Below, piece by piece: positions 42,436 through 51,878 of a DNA stretch of 64,000 nt. A model generated the notes under the pieces. That model was not told the DNA's origin and made no database searches. It saw nothing but the letters and a program-made list of their open reading frames with translations. The stretch is from an uncultured Verrucomicrobiae bacterium. GTDB taxonomy: Bacteria; Chlamydiota; Chlamydiia; Chlamydiales; Rhabdochlamydiaceae. Position numbers and translations under genes: made by a program. The stretch lies in assembly GCA_963718565.1 (NCBI GenBank), contig OY970364.1, positions 224,001 through 288,000 on the forward strand. Direction: 5' to 3'. Within the stretch, counting starts at the first letter, position 1. The number at the start of each line of letters is the position of its first letter.

Positions 42436-45400
42436 TTAGGAAATTGAGCGTCTATCACTTTTGAGTGCTCGTAAAAAAGTGAAATCGCCTTTTACTTGGA
42501 TACGAACAATATCAAACCCAATTTTAGCGAGTTCATCTTCAAATCCGATGAGATTTTGGAATCGAGAGGTTGCTTCTGCAATCCAAAGATGCCCGTCGAG
42601 TTTTAAGCATCTATGGGCCTCTTTTATGTAATCTACGTAGTTAGTTCCCATTAGTGAAAGCGAGAAAATTGCTCCATCCAAAGAGTCATCATCTAGTGGG
42701 ACATGAGCTATATCACAAGGTGTGACATCTTCATTAATCGCTATGTGGTCAAAAGAATAAATCTTGTTTTCTACCTCTTTGGCAAGTAATGCCTCTCCAC
42801 AGCCAAAATCTCCAATTACTAGATGAGGTCGCGCTTTACACCATTTGATTGCTTCTTGATAAGGAACGATTGTCCACTCTTTCCGTGCTTCGCGGTACAT
42901 AGCATGATAATACTCCCAATCCTCTGGACTTTTTTGGAATCTTTTATGAGTTGTAGCGCTGTTTGTAGAATTTAACTGATGGTTCATTTTAGAAAAATCG
43001 CCAAACTTCCTTACGCCCTTTTGGATAACTTCATCTGAGAGCCGAAGGTCAATCTTTCGTCGTTCAATCTCATGCAAGTCACCTTCTTCCAGCCGTTTTA
43101 GCCAGTTCATAGTATCTTGATATGCCTGAGCAGGAGTTCTTAAGTGCCCTTCTGGGATGATTCCATCAACAGCAGCATCGGCAATTGATTTTTTAAATAG
43201 GATACGATTCCATCTTGAATCACACCATGACCACCGTTCTCCATTGATACTCGCGTAAGTGAGGGGCACAATAATATCAACATAATCGCTTTTCTGCCCT
43301 TGTCGATAAATTCTGCCTTTTAACTGCTCAAATTCGGCATGGGTCCAGGGCAATGTATTGATGATGATTCGATTACACACATGCTGTAATCCGTCAATAC
43401 CAGTTCCTAGACAGCTTGAAGCAATCAAAATATCAGCATCAAATTTGATAAATTCTTCTAGGCCGCTTTTATCATCACCTGAAAAAATTGCGGTTTTCCA
43501 GCCATGATTCTCAATAGCTTCCTTCAATGGAATCACAATATCTTTGAGGTAATGGGTATACACAATGGTTTTTGGCTTAAGATTTTCTAGAATTATTGGA
43601 ATCTTTACTTGAGTTAGAACGGCCTCAAGATCGACCATAGAACCTTGTAGGCTAACATTTTTAATTTGTTCAAGATGGGAACTACAATCCACCTCAATCG
43701 TTTTTACATCTATTTTCTGTTGATAGCGAGGAAGCCACCTGATTCCAGTTGATACCAGCTTCTGATATAATGCTATGCAATTACCTACGGATGGAGTGGT
43801 ATGTAAGTCATCATGGATAAAGCCTGTGATAAGCTCGATCAGCGTTTTCCCTTCAAAAAGATTATTAATCACTGGGGTAGCAGACATGCCTAGAACATGG
43901 AGATTATCATTTTTATCGGCAGCTTCTGACAATAGTGCTGAAATGACTTTTTTGCGTTTTGACATGTCTTCGACAATGCGTTGTTTCGAGTAGTGAATTT
44001 CATCGATGACAATGAAGTCTATTTTTTGACGTTCTATGAGATCTTTAAGCTTGCTTTCGGATTGCGGCTGTTGGAAAAATTCGTAGTTGAGTATCAAGTA
44101 TGCATGTGTGTTCGGTGGTATGGATGTCTTAATATCTTTGATGAAAATCATACTATCTGGGTAGATAGTTTCTATCTTATTTTTCCATCCGCTCACTACA
44201 TTATTTGGGCAACAAATAAGGGTAAAATGAGCGTCGATTACTCTGCTAGAAAGAATAGCAGATAGTGTTTTGCCCGCACCTGTTCCTGACCAGTTTCCTA
44301 ATCTTCTACGTGATTTCACAATATAAGCAGTAAACCGCTGCATTAGATTAGGAAGGGAAATTTCTCCATTTACTTTAAAGTTATATCCAGAAGGTATTTG
44401 TAATTCTTTTGCACCTACATAATCGGATAAAAATAGTTTTTTTACTTCCTGTGGGTAGGCACCAGTATTATTATACTGCTCAAGTTGTCGAATAGCTTCA
44501 GTTTCATTAGAAAAAGTGTGTTGCCAAATTTTGGCTACGGCCTCCTTGATAAAGAAATCAATGGCTTCATTATCAAGGTTTGAAAAAAGCTTACTGTCTA
44601 AAGCGGATAAAATATCTTTTGTTTCAACAATCGGGAAGTCGTCTTCAAGGATCAATTCATTTTCAGATAAGCAATTATTAGAAGCTTGTAAATTATCTTC
44701 CTGATTATCTTCTAAGGACGAATCTGGATCATTTAAAAATTGATCTACTAAGGAAGGAAGCCCGTCGACAAATTTCTCAAGTTCATCCTTAGGAAAGCGA
44801 CCCGTTTTAAGAGCTTGCACAAATGATTTTCCTTTACTAAGGCTATCAATACTCAGCAAACCATTTTGCTGAAACAGAACATAAAGCCCGGCTGGAGAAA
44901 TTCGATCCAGATAAGGAATTAGAGATTGTACAAAGTGGCGAATATTCTCTATCGTCCAACCAAGGTTACAGTAAGAACATCCTCTTCCCTTCACTCGATT
45001 TTTCACTGTAGACTCCCAGACGTGAGAGGAGTCCTTTTGACATCTCCAGACTATTTTATCGTTACTTCCAGGAGTCACATCGTAGGGAGTTTTTTGATTG
45101 GCAGAAGGATCCCATTCTTTAGCAAGCTCTGGGTAAAGTATTGCTAAACAATTTGATGAAGCAACTTTTTGACCCCGGCAATATGGACATCCTGTCCCAT
45201 GCACTCGATCACTTACTGTTGCTTTCCAGTTATGCGAGGAGTCTTTTTTACATATCCAACTTACTTTTCGGCCACTACCGGCCGTTACTTCATACGGAGT
45301 TAGAGAGTTGCTCTCAAAATCCCACTCTTTTGCGATATCTGGATAAAGAGCTGCTAAGCAGTTTGTTGAGGATGTCTTTTTGCCCTTACAATAAGGACAT

Positions 45401-46233
45401 CCAGTGTTATCTCTTCTGCCAGCTCGAGACGAGACTGCTGTAATCCATTTGTGAGTAGAATCAATATTACAAACCCAAGCGACCTTCTGAGCACTACCAG
45501 GGCTCACATCATATGGTGTATTGGAGTTAGCTTCCGGGTCCCATTCCTTCGCAATATCTGGGAAAAGCGTTGCTAAGCAATTCGATAAAGCAACTCTTTG
45601 CCCCTGACAGAATGGACATTTGCCGCGTTTTTTTTCTGATCGAGAAGTACGGGCTCCTATAGGAGCAATCCATGTATGATCTACTCCATTAGCGCATTTC
45701 CAATAGACTTTGCGTCCACTACCAGCAGTGACGTCATATGGAGTTAGGGACTCATTCTTTACATGATCCCATTCAGAGGCTACGTCTGGGTGCGTTGTGG
45801 CAAGACAATTAGATTTGATAACTTTAAATCCTCTGCAAATAGGGCATCCGGTTGTATTTTTTGGTCTTGCAACATTGTATGGTGGAGCTTCCCATTCATG
45901 TTCATCGGCAATAGGGCATTTCCACCAAACTTTCTTATGAGTTTTTGCTGTTATTGTGTAAGGAGAACAATCAGTATTTTTTGTAGGATGCCATAAATTT
46001 AGAAGTTTAGGATGAGTGGATGCCAATGAAAATTTGCAAAATTTACAACTAGAGTCAGTTTGCTTACATCTATTGTATGGGGATTCTTTCCATTCATGTC
46101 CCTTGTCACAAATCCACCAGATTGCTCCTGTATATTTTGACGAAATAGTTTTAGTCGATAAGCTTAGATTTTTATGAGGATGAATCTGTGATGCTAGATC
46201 TGGTCGAACCAGTGTTAAATCATTTTTTTTCAT
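42436..46233 (-). CDS. Six Zn-ribbon repeats (DUF4379-like) + SF2 helicase + Rrp8/Methyltransf_8-like methyltransferase
   Basis: Six W..C..H.W....R...CxxC repeats; GTGAGKT, DEIH, SATP, QLKGRIYRQGQ; DFGCGEA, YSFDH, DIAHVPL, LSLMGTN, WIAE..SRF. Confidence 0.85.
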   Translation of the reverse strand: MKKNDLTLVRPDLASQIHPHKNLSLSTKTISSKYTGAIWWICDKGHEWKESPYNRCKQTDSSCKFCKFSLASTHPKLLNLWHPTKNTDCSPYTITAKTHKKVWWKCPIADEHEWEAPPYNVARPKNTTGCPICRGFKVIKSNCLATTHPDVASEWDHVKNESLTPYDVTAGSGRKVYWKCANGVDHTWIAPIGARTSRSEKKRGKCPFCQGQRVALSNCLATLFPDIAKEWDPEANSNTPYDVSPGSAQKVAWVCNIDSTHKWITAVSSRAGRRDNTGCPYCKGKKTSSTNCLAALYPDIAKEWDFESNSLTPYEVTAGSGRKVSWICKKDSSHNWKATVSDRVHGTGCPYCRGQKVASSNCLAILYPELAKEWDPSANQKTPYDVTPGSNDKIVWRCQKDSSHVWESTVKNRVKGRGCSYCNLGWTIENIRHFVQSLIPYLDRISPAGLYVLFQQNGLLSIDSLSKGKSFVQALKTGRFPKDELEKFVDGLPSLVDQFLNDPDSSLEDNQEDNLQASNNCLSENELILEDDFPIVETKDILSALDSKLFSNLDNEAIDFFIKEAVAKIWQHTFSNETEAIRQLEQYNNTGAYPQEVKKLFLSDYVGAKELQIPSGYNFKVNGEISLPNLMQRFTAYIVKSRRRLGNWSGTGAGKTLSAILSSRVIDAHFTLICCPNNVVSGWKNKIETIYPDSMIFIKDIKTSIPPNTHAYLILNYEFFQQPQSESKLKDLIERQKIDFIVIDEIHYSKQRIVEDMSKRKKVISALLSEAADKNDNLHVLGMSATPVINNLFEGKTLIELITGFIHDDLHTTPSVGNCIALYQKLVSTGIRWLPRYQQKIDVKTIEVDCSSHLEQIKNVSLQGSMVDLEAVLTQVKIPIILENLKPKTIVYTHYLKDIVIPLKEAIENHGWKTAIFSGDDKSGLEEFIKFDADILIASSCLGTGIDGLQHVCNRIIINTLPWTHAEFEQLKGRIYRQGQKSDYVDIIVPLTYASINGERWSWCDSRWNRILFKKSIADAAVDGIIPEGHLRTPAQAYQDTMNWLKRLEEGDLHEIERRKIDLRLSDEVIQKGVRKFGDFSKMNHQLNSTNSATTHKRFQKSPEDWEYYHAMYREARKEWTIVPYQEAIKWCKARPHLVIGDFGCGEALLAKEVENKIYSFDHIAINEDVTPCDIAHVPLDDDSLDGAIFSLSLMGTNYVDYIKEAHRCLKLDGHLWIAEATSRFQNLIGFEDELAKIGFDIVRIQVKGDFTFLRALKSDRRSIS

Positions 46234-46342
46234 TTTGAAAGCTTATTTAAGTTCCAGCTAGTCTAGCATGTTTATTATTTTCGTTACACTTTCTGTTTGT
46301 TGTTAAATAATCAGTAATATGTTTTTAATTAAAAATTTATGA

Positions 46343-47410
46343 TTATTTCTGATTGCTGAATAACTTCTCGGTGAGAGTTAATGTTATGGAATACAGATGA
46401 GCATTGGAGAGATGGGCGTACCGCTTGGTCATTTGGACAGTTTTGTGGCCGAGCAGAGTTCCGATTTCTAGCAGGCTCGCTTGATTCATGGCCAAGTAGG
46501 AAGCGGCTGTATGCCGAAGGTCGTGAAAGCGGAAGTTGAAAATATTGGCTTTGCTTAAAGCGGTTTCCCAAGCAGAACGAATGTCGATAGGTTTACATGG
46601 AGAATGTGGAGCAGGAAATACGAGAGAATCAACGGCTTGATTGGCGTATTTTGAACGCAAAAGATCTAGAGCTATTCCGACAAGAGGGATAAAACGCCGC
46701 TCACCATTCTTTGTGGTTTGTAAGAGGATTGAACCTCGAGCTAGATCGATATCGCTCCATTTGAGATTCATGATTTCTCCTCTCCTCATGCCCGTTGAAA
46801 GAGCTAGTATAACAATTGGGTAGAGTCCTTTTGATTCGCTTTCTCGGCAGGCAGATAGCAGCCTTTCCTTTTCATCATCGTTGAGAAAGCGAGTTCTTCC
46901 ATTGGAAATTTTCGGCTTTGAGATTTTCATGATGGGATTTTCCTGGATCCATTCCCAATCCTTAACCGCGATAGCGAAGGCATGAGAGAGGCTGGCAAGA
47001 TAGCGAACTACGGTTGTGGAAGAACGGATCTTGCCTTTACAAGTCAGTCCTGAAAGGAGTTCATCCCGTTTTTGTGCAATGAGGCTTGGCTTGATATCTG
47101 AAAGGAGGCAATGTCCCAGTTCCTGTTTCCACCAGAGAAGATGTTGGCGGACGTTTCTTGCGTTTTTTGGCTTTGAGGGAAGAACTCTTTCGATATAGCG
47201 GTCGATCAGTTCGGCTAAAGTATTTTTGCTGCCAGGTTTGTCATATGCATATTTGCCTTGTTCAACCGCTGATTCAGTATCGCGTTTCCATTTCATGGCG
47301 AGGGTTTTGGAAGCGAACGATTGGATGAGAACTGGATGTCCTTTGATGCGAACGCGGGCGCGGTAGGAAACCGTCCCGTTTTTATGGATGCGTTTGTCGA
47401 TGCCTTTCAC
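46343..47410 (-). CDS. int: Tyrosine integrase of element 3
   Basis: Full catalytic set; highly similar to 5367-6431; next to the tRNA. Confidence 0.93.
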   Translation of the reverse strand: MKGIDKRIHKNGTVSYRARVRIKGHPVLIQSFASKTLAMKWKRDTESAVEQGKYAYDKPGSKNTLAELIDRYIERVLPSKPKNARNVRQHLLWWKQELGHCLLSDIKPSLIAQKRDELLSGLTCKGKIRSSTTVVRYLASLSHAFAIAVKDWEWIQENPIMKISKPKISNGRTRFLNDDEKERLLSACRESESKGLYPIVILALSTGMRRGEIMNLKWSDIDLARGSILLQTTKNGERRFIPLVGIALDLLRSKYANQAVDSLVFPAPHSPCKPIDIRSAWETALSKANIFNFRFHDLRHTAASYLAMNQASLLEIGTLLGHKTVQMTKRYAHLSNAHLYSITLTLTEKLFSNQK

Positions 47411-47476
47411 GAAGCTTACCTTTGGTTTTAGTTTTCAAAGGTTAGCTGCTGGGCTTATCGCCAATTGTTGTAGGCG

Positions 47477-47500
47477 AGTGGTCCACAAATGGTCCACGGA
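47477..47500 (+). repeat. Putative arm-binding site type A (integrase-proximal)
   Basis: Identical to 21249-21272. Confidence 0.75.
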
Positions 47501-47579
47501 GAGGAATCGCACTTTGGGCTGATTTTGATGCTATTGCATAACCAGCTCATTTTTAGTGCGATAAACTCGGAAAGAAATG

Positions 47580-47653
47580 TGGGGCAACCTGGACTTGAAC
47601 CAGGGACCGACGGGTTATGAGTCCGCTGCTCTAACCGACTGAGCTATTGCCCC
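47580..47653 (-). tRNA. tRNA with CAT anticodon, probably tRNA-Ile2 (not initiator); CCA not encoded
   Basis: GGGGCAATAGCTCAGTCGGTTAGAGCAGCGGACTCATAACCCGTCGGTCCCTGGTTCAAGTCCAGGTTGCCCCA folds as a cloverleaf; G1-C72 paired. Confidence 0.92.
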
Positions 47654-47669
47654 ATAATGGAAGGCTGGA

Positions 47670-47698
47670 ATCATAGCGAAGGGGATCGGCTATTGCAA
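47670..47698 (-). promoter_or_regulatory. Sigma70/sigma66-type promoter of the tRNA
   Basis: TTGCAA-N17-TATGAT on the minus strand, just upstream of the tRNA. Confidence 0.65.
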
Positions 47699-47743
47699 GG
47701 AAGATTTATGATCTATAGAGCTTGCCTGGATTTTAAAATGCTA

Positions 47744-47875
47744 TACTGCGCCCAGTCTAAAAATGCGAATTTAGAGGGTCTTAGAACAGTCCGGGCTTGA
47801 ACGAAGCAAAGCGATCGTTCAAAGATGGGCGTTATAATGGCCCCATAAATTCGCATTTTTAGACTGGGCGCAGTA
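47744..47875. mobile_element. MITE, IS630-like
   Basis: 30-bp TIR TACTGCGCCCAGTCTAAAAATGCGAATTTA; flanked CTA/TAG, i.e. TA duplication in CTAG; no ORF. Confidence 0.75.
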
Positions 47876-47969
47876 TAGATGGCAGCATTGAATTTTTGCG
47901 CTTCGGACGGGGGAGCGGAGATTTTGCCTGTTCTCTTTTCTTGCTGCTAGAGATAAGCAAGCCCTTAAA

Positions 47970-48233
47970 CTATCGGGCTTTTCGGGATTTGCTTTTTCGG
48001 GATTTGTGAACCATTTTCTTATAGCGGGCTGCAAGTTTGCCGATGCTGAAGCGGTCGCTCTTTTGATGCATTTCGTGAAATTTTTTCATGAGTCTTTTTT
48101 GGACTTTTTTCCCTTCATTGGTATTGAAGAGCAGGGTTGTCAATGCGCCTACTGTGCTGCCGACAATGGCGCCGATCATGAACTTGTTTGAACGTTTTTG
48201 CATAACTAACTTCCTTTTTTTAATTTGTTCCAT
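47970..48233 (-). CDS. YtxH-like protein (probable start 48203)
   Basis: FMIGAIVGSTVGALTTLLF...GKKVQKRL. Confidence 0.7.
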   Translation of the reverse strand: MEQIKKRKLVMQKRSNKFMIGAIVGSTVGALTTLLFNTNEGKKVQKRLMKKFHEMHQKSDRFSIGKLAARYKKMVHKSRKSKSRKAR

Positions 48234-48439
48234 AATTGAATGCCTTCGGCGGTCCAGTTAATGATCTCTGCGAGGTTGTTTTCGCCTCGCGATGAAGCGA
48301 AATGCTTAAGCGAGTCGATGAGGGGTTGGGTTGATTTTTTGCGCCCTTGGCGTGTGAGAGAAATGGCTGCAATCCCTACAATCCCTCCGATCAATGCTCC
48401 TAAGAGAAAATCTTTTGCGCCTGGATGAGTTTTAGCCAT
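48206..48439 (-). CDS. YtxH-like small membrane protein
   Basis: FLLGALIGGIVGIAA. Confidence 0.6.
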   Translation of the reverse strand: MAKTHPGAKDFLLGALIGGIVGIAAISLTRQGRKKSTQPLIDSLKHFASSRGENNLAEIINWTAEGIQLWNKLKKGS

Positions 48440-48441
48440 AA

Positions 48442-48723
48442 TTACTTCTTTTTGAATGCGTTAAATAAAGCAATGCCGTCTGTTGCGAACTGGATAATCT
48501 CAGCGATTTTGTTGGACTTGCGATGCTTTTTATCGGTTTTTTTACCAAATCCCGATAGGGGGCGAAAAAAGACATTGAGTGCCTGAGATTTCTCTTTGAG
48601 ATCTAAGGCTAAATCATTTGTGGTTTTAAGCATTTCGTTGAGTTTGGTCAAAGTGATCACGAGATAGATCACTAAAACGACAAAAGCAACCGAAATGATC
48701 CCAACGCAGACATCGACAATCAT
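48442..48723 (-). CDS. DUF948/YoxC-like protein
   Basis: IISVAFVVLVIYLVITL TM helix followed by a coiled coil; upstream of YtxH. Confidence 0.65.
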   Translation of the reverse strand: MIVDVCVGIISVAFVVLVIYLVITLTKLNEMLKTTNDLALDLKEKSQALNVFFRPLSGFGKKTDKKHRKSNKIAEIIQFATDGIALFNAFKKK

Positions 48724-48822
48724 CTTTTAGCCGAAAATAAGAGCTTTCTATTTCATACTATCTTATTTTTATTTTGGCGTTATTTAGTTTTTGTGTAAAT
48801 AAAATTTAGCGTTTTAATTTAA

Positions 48823-49003
48823 GAGGGAATTGCAAAACTCCTCGCCAGCAGAAAATCGATGATTTGGCACCTGTTGCCAGAACCCGCACAGCGGGTTCGG
48901 TTGGCGGCGGCGAAAGCATACTTGGATAAGTAGGAGAGCCGCCACCAAGGCGACAGGTGCCAAAAGCGCGGTTTTATGCAGCGAGGAGTTTTGCAATTCC
49001 CTC
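48823..49003. mobile_element. Structured MITE family A, copy 1 (full length)
   Basis: TIR GAGGGAATTGCAAAACTCCTCGC; TTAA duplication. Confidence 0.85.
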
Positions 49004-49012
49004 TTAAGATAA

Positions 49013-50554
49013 TTATTCCCATTCGATCGTGCCTGGAGGTTTTGAAGTGATGTCATAGACGACGCGCGAGATGCCTGACACTTCGTTGACGATTCTCGAA
49101 CTGACACGGCTCAAGAACTCATGGGGAAAGGAGAAAAAGTCAGCAGTCATTCCATCACAGCTTGTGACAGCCCTCAAGGCAATGACATGGCCGGTGAATC
49201 GGCCATCTCCCATGACGCCGACAGACTTTAGAGGAAGAAAAAGGGCAAAGGCTTGCCAGATCTGATCATAAAGTCCAGCGTTTTCAATTTCTTCGAGAAA
49301 GATCTGGTCGGCGAGCCGCAGAGCCTGTAGGCGGTCTTCTGTCACTTCTCCGAGAATTCGAATAGCCAGGCCGGGACCTGGAAATGGATGCCTCCAGACA
49401 AGCTTTCGAGGAAGGTTAAGAATTTCGCAAAGATGTCTGACTTCATCTTTAAACAGTCCTGCATTCGGCTCGATGATCAATCCTTGCTGTCGTTTTTTTT
49501 CGACAATAGGGGCATTCACATTGTGGTGGCTTTTAATCACAGCTGCATTTTTCCCGCACCCTTTCCCGCTTTCGATCAAGTCGGTATAGAGCGTTCCTTG
49601 GCAAATCAATGTTTTTTCTTCATCTAGGTTTAGCTTTTCCATTTCTCTGTTGAGAATTTTGATGAATAGATCGCCGATTGTATGCCGTTTTTCTTCGGGG
49701 TCTGTCATCCCTTGGATTGCAGAGAGAAATTCCTTAGAAGCATCGATCAGGGTCAAATGGTTCATGCCTTGTTCTTCTAAAAGCTGTTTCACGCTTGCAC
49801 TTTCGTTCTCTCGCATCAATCCTGTATCAATGTGGAGGGGAAGAACGCGCTCTGGCCCTAATGCGTGCATGCACAACACTGTGGCAGCTGTTGAATCGAC
49901 GCCTCCACTCATCAGACTGATGATTGTGCCGTTTTTTACTTTCTCGCGGATCTCTTCTTGGATGCATTTGTAATAGTTTTCGAGGGTCCAGCTTTGCGAA
50001 CATTGGCACATCTGGATAAAGTTTTTTAACATCTGGTTTCCGCTTGGAGTGTGCGTGACTTCGGGGTGGAATTGGATCCCAAAATGAGGGTGTTCTCGAT
50101 GTTCGAATGCGGCGATTATCCCTTCTTTGCTATGGGCAATTGGAGTGTAGCAAGGGGCGATTTGATGAATGCTTTCCCGGTGGCTCATCCAAACAGTTTC
50201 TTCTTCAGCCAATCCTTTAAAAAGAGGGGAGTCGGGGAGAAGAGAAATAGATTGTTTTCCATATTCTCCTTTTTCAAAGCGGGCTACAGTTCCCTGATGG
50301 AGCGTATTCATCAACTGCATTCCAAAACAGATGCCTAAAATGGGAAGGGACGGTTGTAGAAGATCGGCAGAAAAAGCAAAGGACTTCTCCTCCACTGAAG
50401 AGGGGCTCCCTGATAAAATCAATCCTTTTGTTCCCAAGGGGAGGGTGGAAAGATCCGGAGGATGAATTTCTGCAAGGACGCGCATTTCACGAATCCGTCT
50501 TGCAATCAGCTGTGTGTATTGCGACCCAAAATCAAGGATGATGATTTTATCCAA
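49013..50554 (-). CDS. guaA: GMP synthase (glutamine-hydrolysing)
   Basis: LDFGSQYTQLIARR, GICFGMQ, QFHPE, SGGVDS, KSHHNV, SKPPGTIEWE. Confidence 0.97.
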   Translation of the reverse strand: MDKIIILDFGSQYTQLIARRIREMRVLAEIHPPDLSTLPLGTKGLILSGSPSSVEEKSFAFSADLLQPSLPILGICFGMQLMNTLHQGTVARFEKGEYGKQSISLLPDSPLFKGLAEEETVWMSHRESIHQIAPCYTPIAHSKEGIIAAFEHREHPHFGIQFHPEVTHTPSGNQMLKNFIQMCQCSQSWTLENYYKCIQEEIREKVKNGTIISLMSGGVDSTAATVLCMHALGPERVLPLHIDTGLMRENESASVKQLLEEQGMNHLTLIDASKEFLSAIQGMTDPEEKRHTIGDLFIKILNREMEKLNLDEEKTLICQGTLYTDLIESGKGCGKNAAVIKSHHNVNAPIVEKKRQQGLIIEPNAGLFKDEVRHLCEILNLPRKLVWRHPFPGPGLAIRILGEVTEDRLQALRLADQIFLEEIENAGLYDQIWQAFALFLPLKSVGVMGDGRFTGHVIALRAVTSCDGMTADFFSFPHEFLSRVSSRIVNEVSGISRVVYDITSKPPGTIEWE

Positions 50555-50570
50555 AGGTTTCTCCTTTAAC

Positions 50571-51806
50571 TCAGGTTTTTAGTGCAGCTTCTAAGTACGC
50601 GGGCTGTTTTTCATCGAAAGGCCGATGTTCCGGTATAGGTTGTATCAGTTCAAAGAGGCTGTGAACAGAGCCTTCTCGTTGTGCTTCTTGTGAGCGGCGC
50701 TCTAAACAAATGTGATCTCGATCGGTTGAAAAGTCTTTAATGTTTTTCAGTCCAAGTTTATGGAATCCTTGTTTCACGCCTTGGATGAGGTGGGGGACCC
50801 ATTCATGGATAGAACCTCTGGAAGGGACAAAACCGGCAACTCCCTCCGGCACGCGGATTTGACTTTTCTGAATTCCATAACGCGCAGCGCTTCCTCTTTC
50901 CATTGCTTGATCGGATCCCATTCCTCGATACTCCTTGAATCGGATTCCTTTCTTGACTTGATGCTCGCCGGGGGCTTCTGAAGTTCCTGCGAGAAGAGAT
51001 CCTAGCATGACCTGGTCAGCTCCTAGAACCAGGGCTTTGACGATGTCCGCGCTCTTCGTGATGCCGCCGTCTGCAATCATCGAAACGCCATGTTTATGGC
51101 AAATCTGTGCACATTCGTAGACTGCGGTTGCCTGGCCCCGCCCAATGCCTCCCACTTGCTGTGTCGTGCAGATGGATCCCGACCCCATTCCCACACGGAT
51201 GGCGTCCGCCCCAGCATGAATCAATGCTTCGCAAGCTTCTCCTGTGACCACGTTTCCCCCAATCACTTGTAACGAGGGAAAATATTCTTTTGTCCAACGG
51301 ATTAAATCTAGTTCGAATCGAGTAAATCCTTGAGAGGTGTCGAAAATAATGACATCGACAAGCTCTTTGATGAGCTCAATACGCTGCTTAGCTTTCTGCG
51401 CCCATGTTTCGACGGCCGCACCCACAAGAAGGCTTCCGGATCGATCAAGGGAAGCAAGGGGATAATTGGGATATTTTTTCCCATCGGAACATGTTGTAAA
51501 GCATTTGACTTTTTGCAATTCTTTGAGCTGATTTTCAGGAGACATATTATAGTGGATAATGCCTATTCCCCCTTGAAGGGCTATGCCAATGGCAAGACTT
51601 GCTTCCGTAACAGTATCCATGGGAGAGCTGATGATGGGAGTATTGAGTCGAATGTTGCGCATCAGTTGTGAAGAAAGGTCGATCTCATCTACAGGAAAAT
51701 CCACATAGCGCGGAAGCAGGATGAGATCATCGTAAGTCAAGCTCTCTCCGGAAAATTTTTCAAAAAATGGGATCATTTTCATCAGATTCACCGTCCAAAT
51801 GAACAT
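50571..51806 (-). CDS. guaB: IMP dehydrogenase (CBS pair absent)
   Basis: SSPMDTVTE, GMGSGSICTT, ADGGI, YRGMGS, PEGV. Confidence 0.93.
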   Translation of the reverse strand: MFIWTVNLMKMIPFFEKFSGESLTYDDLILLPRYVDFPVDEIDLSSQLMRNIRLNTPIISSPMDTVTEASLAIGIALQGGIGIIHYNMSPENQLKELQKVKCFTTCSDGKKYPNYPLASLDRSGSLLVGAAVETWAQKAKQRIELIKELVDVIIFDTSQGFTRFELDLIRWTKEYFPSLQVIGGNVVTGEACEALIHAGADAIRVGMGSGSICTTQQVGGIGRGQATAVYECAQICHKHGVSMIADGGITKSADIVKALVLGADQVMLGSLLAGTSEAPGEHQVKKGIRFKEYRGMGSDQAMERGSAARYGIQKSQIRVPEGVAGFVPSRGSIHEWVPHLIQGVKQGFHKLGLKNIKDFSTDRDHICLERRSQEAQREGSVHSLFELIQPIPEHRPFDEKQPAYLEAALKT

Positions 51807-51827
51807 TTTTTTGGGTTGTTTGTGTTA

Positions 51828-51847
51828 GAGGGAATTGCAATTCCCTC
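51828..51847. repeat. MITE family A, collapsed 20-bp palindrome
   Basis: GAGGGAATTGCAATTCCCTC flanked by GTTA/GTTA. Confidence 0.8.
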
Positions 51848-51878
51848 GTTAAGCTGGACTTTAGCCAATGGCTAAAGC

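Larger units (their letters stand above)
21143..47626. mobile_element. Integrative element 3 (~26.5 kb, tRNA-proximal)
   Basis: Bounded by att cores 21127-21142 and 47611-47626; identical type A arm sites at both ends; integrase 46343-47410. Confidence 0.88.

Noticed and set aside
44965..46233. DGR template/variable repeats among the Zn-ribbon repeats
   Set aside because: Divergence is not adenine-specific, the repeats are in-frame protein domains, and there is no reverse transcriptase in the window
6647..47626. Prophage or conjugative ICE
   Set aside because: No terminase, capsid, tail, relaxase or T4SS genes were recognised
48814..49107. Short ORFs 48814-49107, 48819-49022 and 56797-57021 that resemble each other
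   Set aside because: They are translations of the MITE; no evidence they are genes. The same applies to the N-terminal extensions of purC and purM
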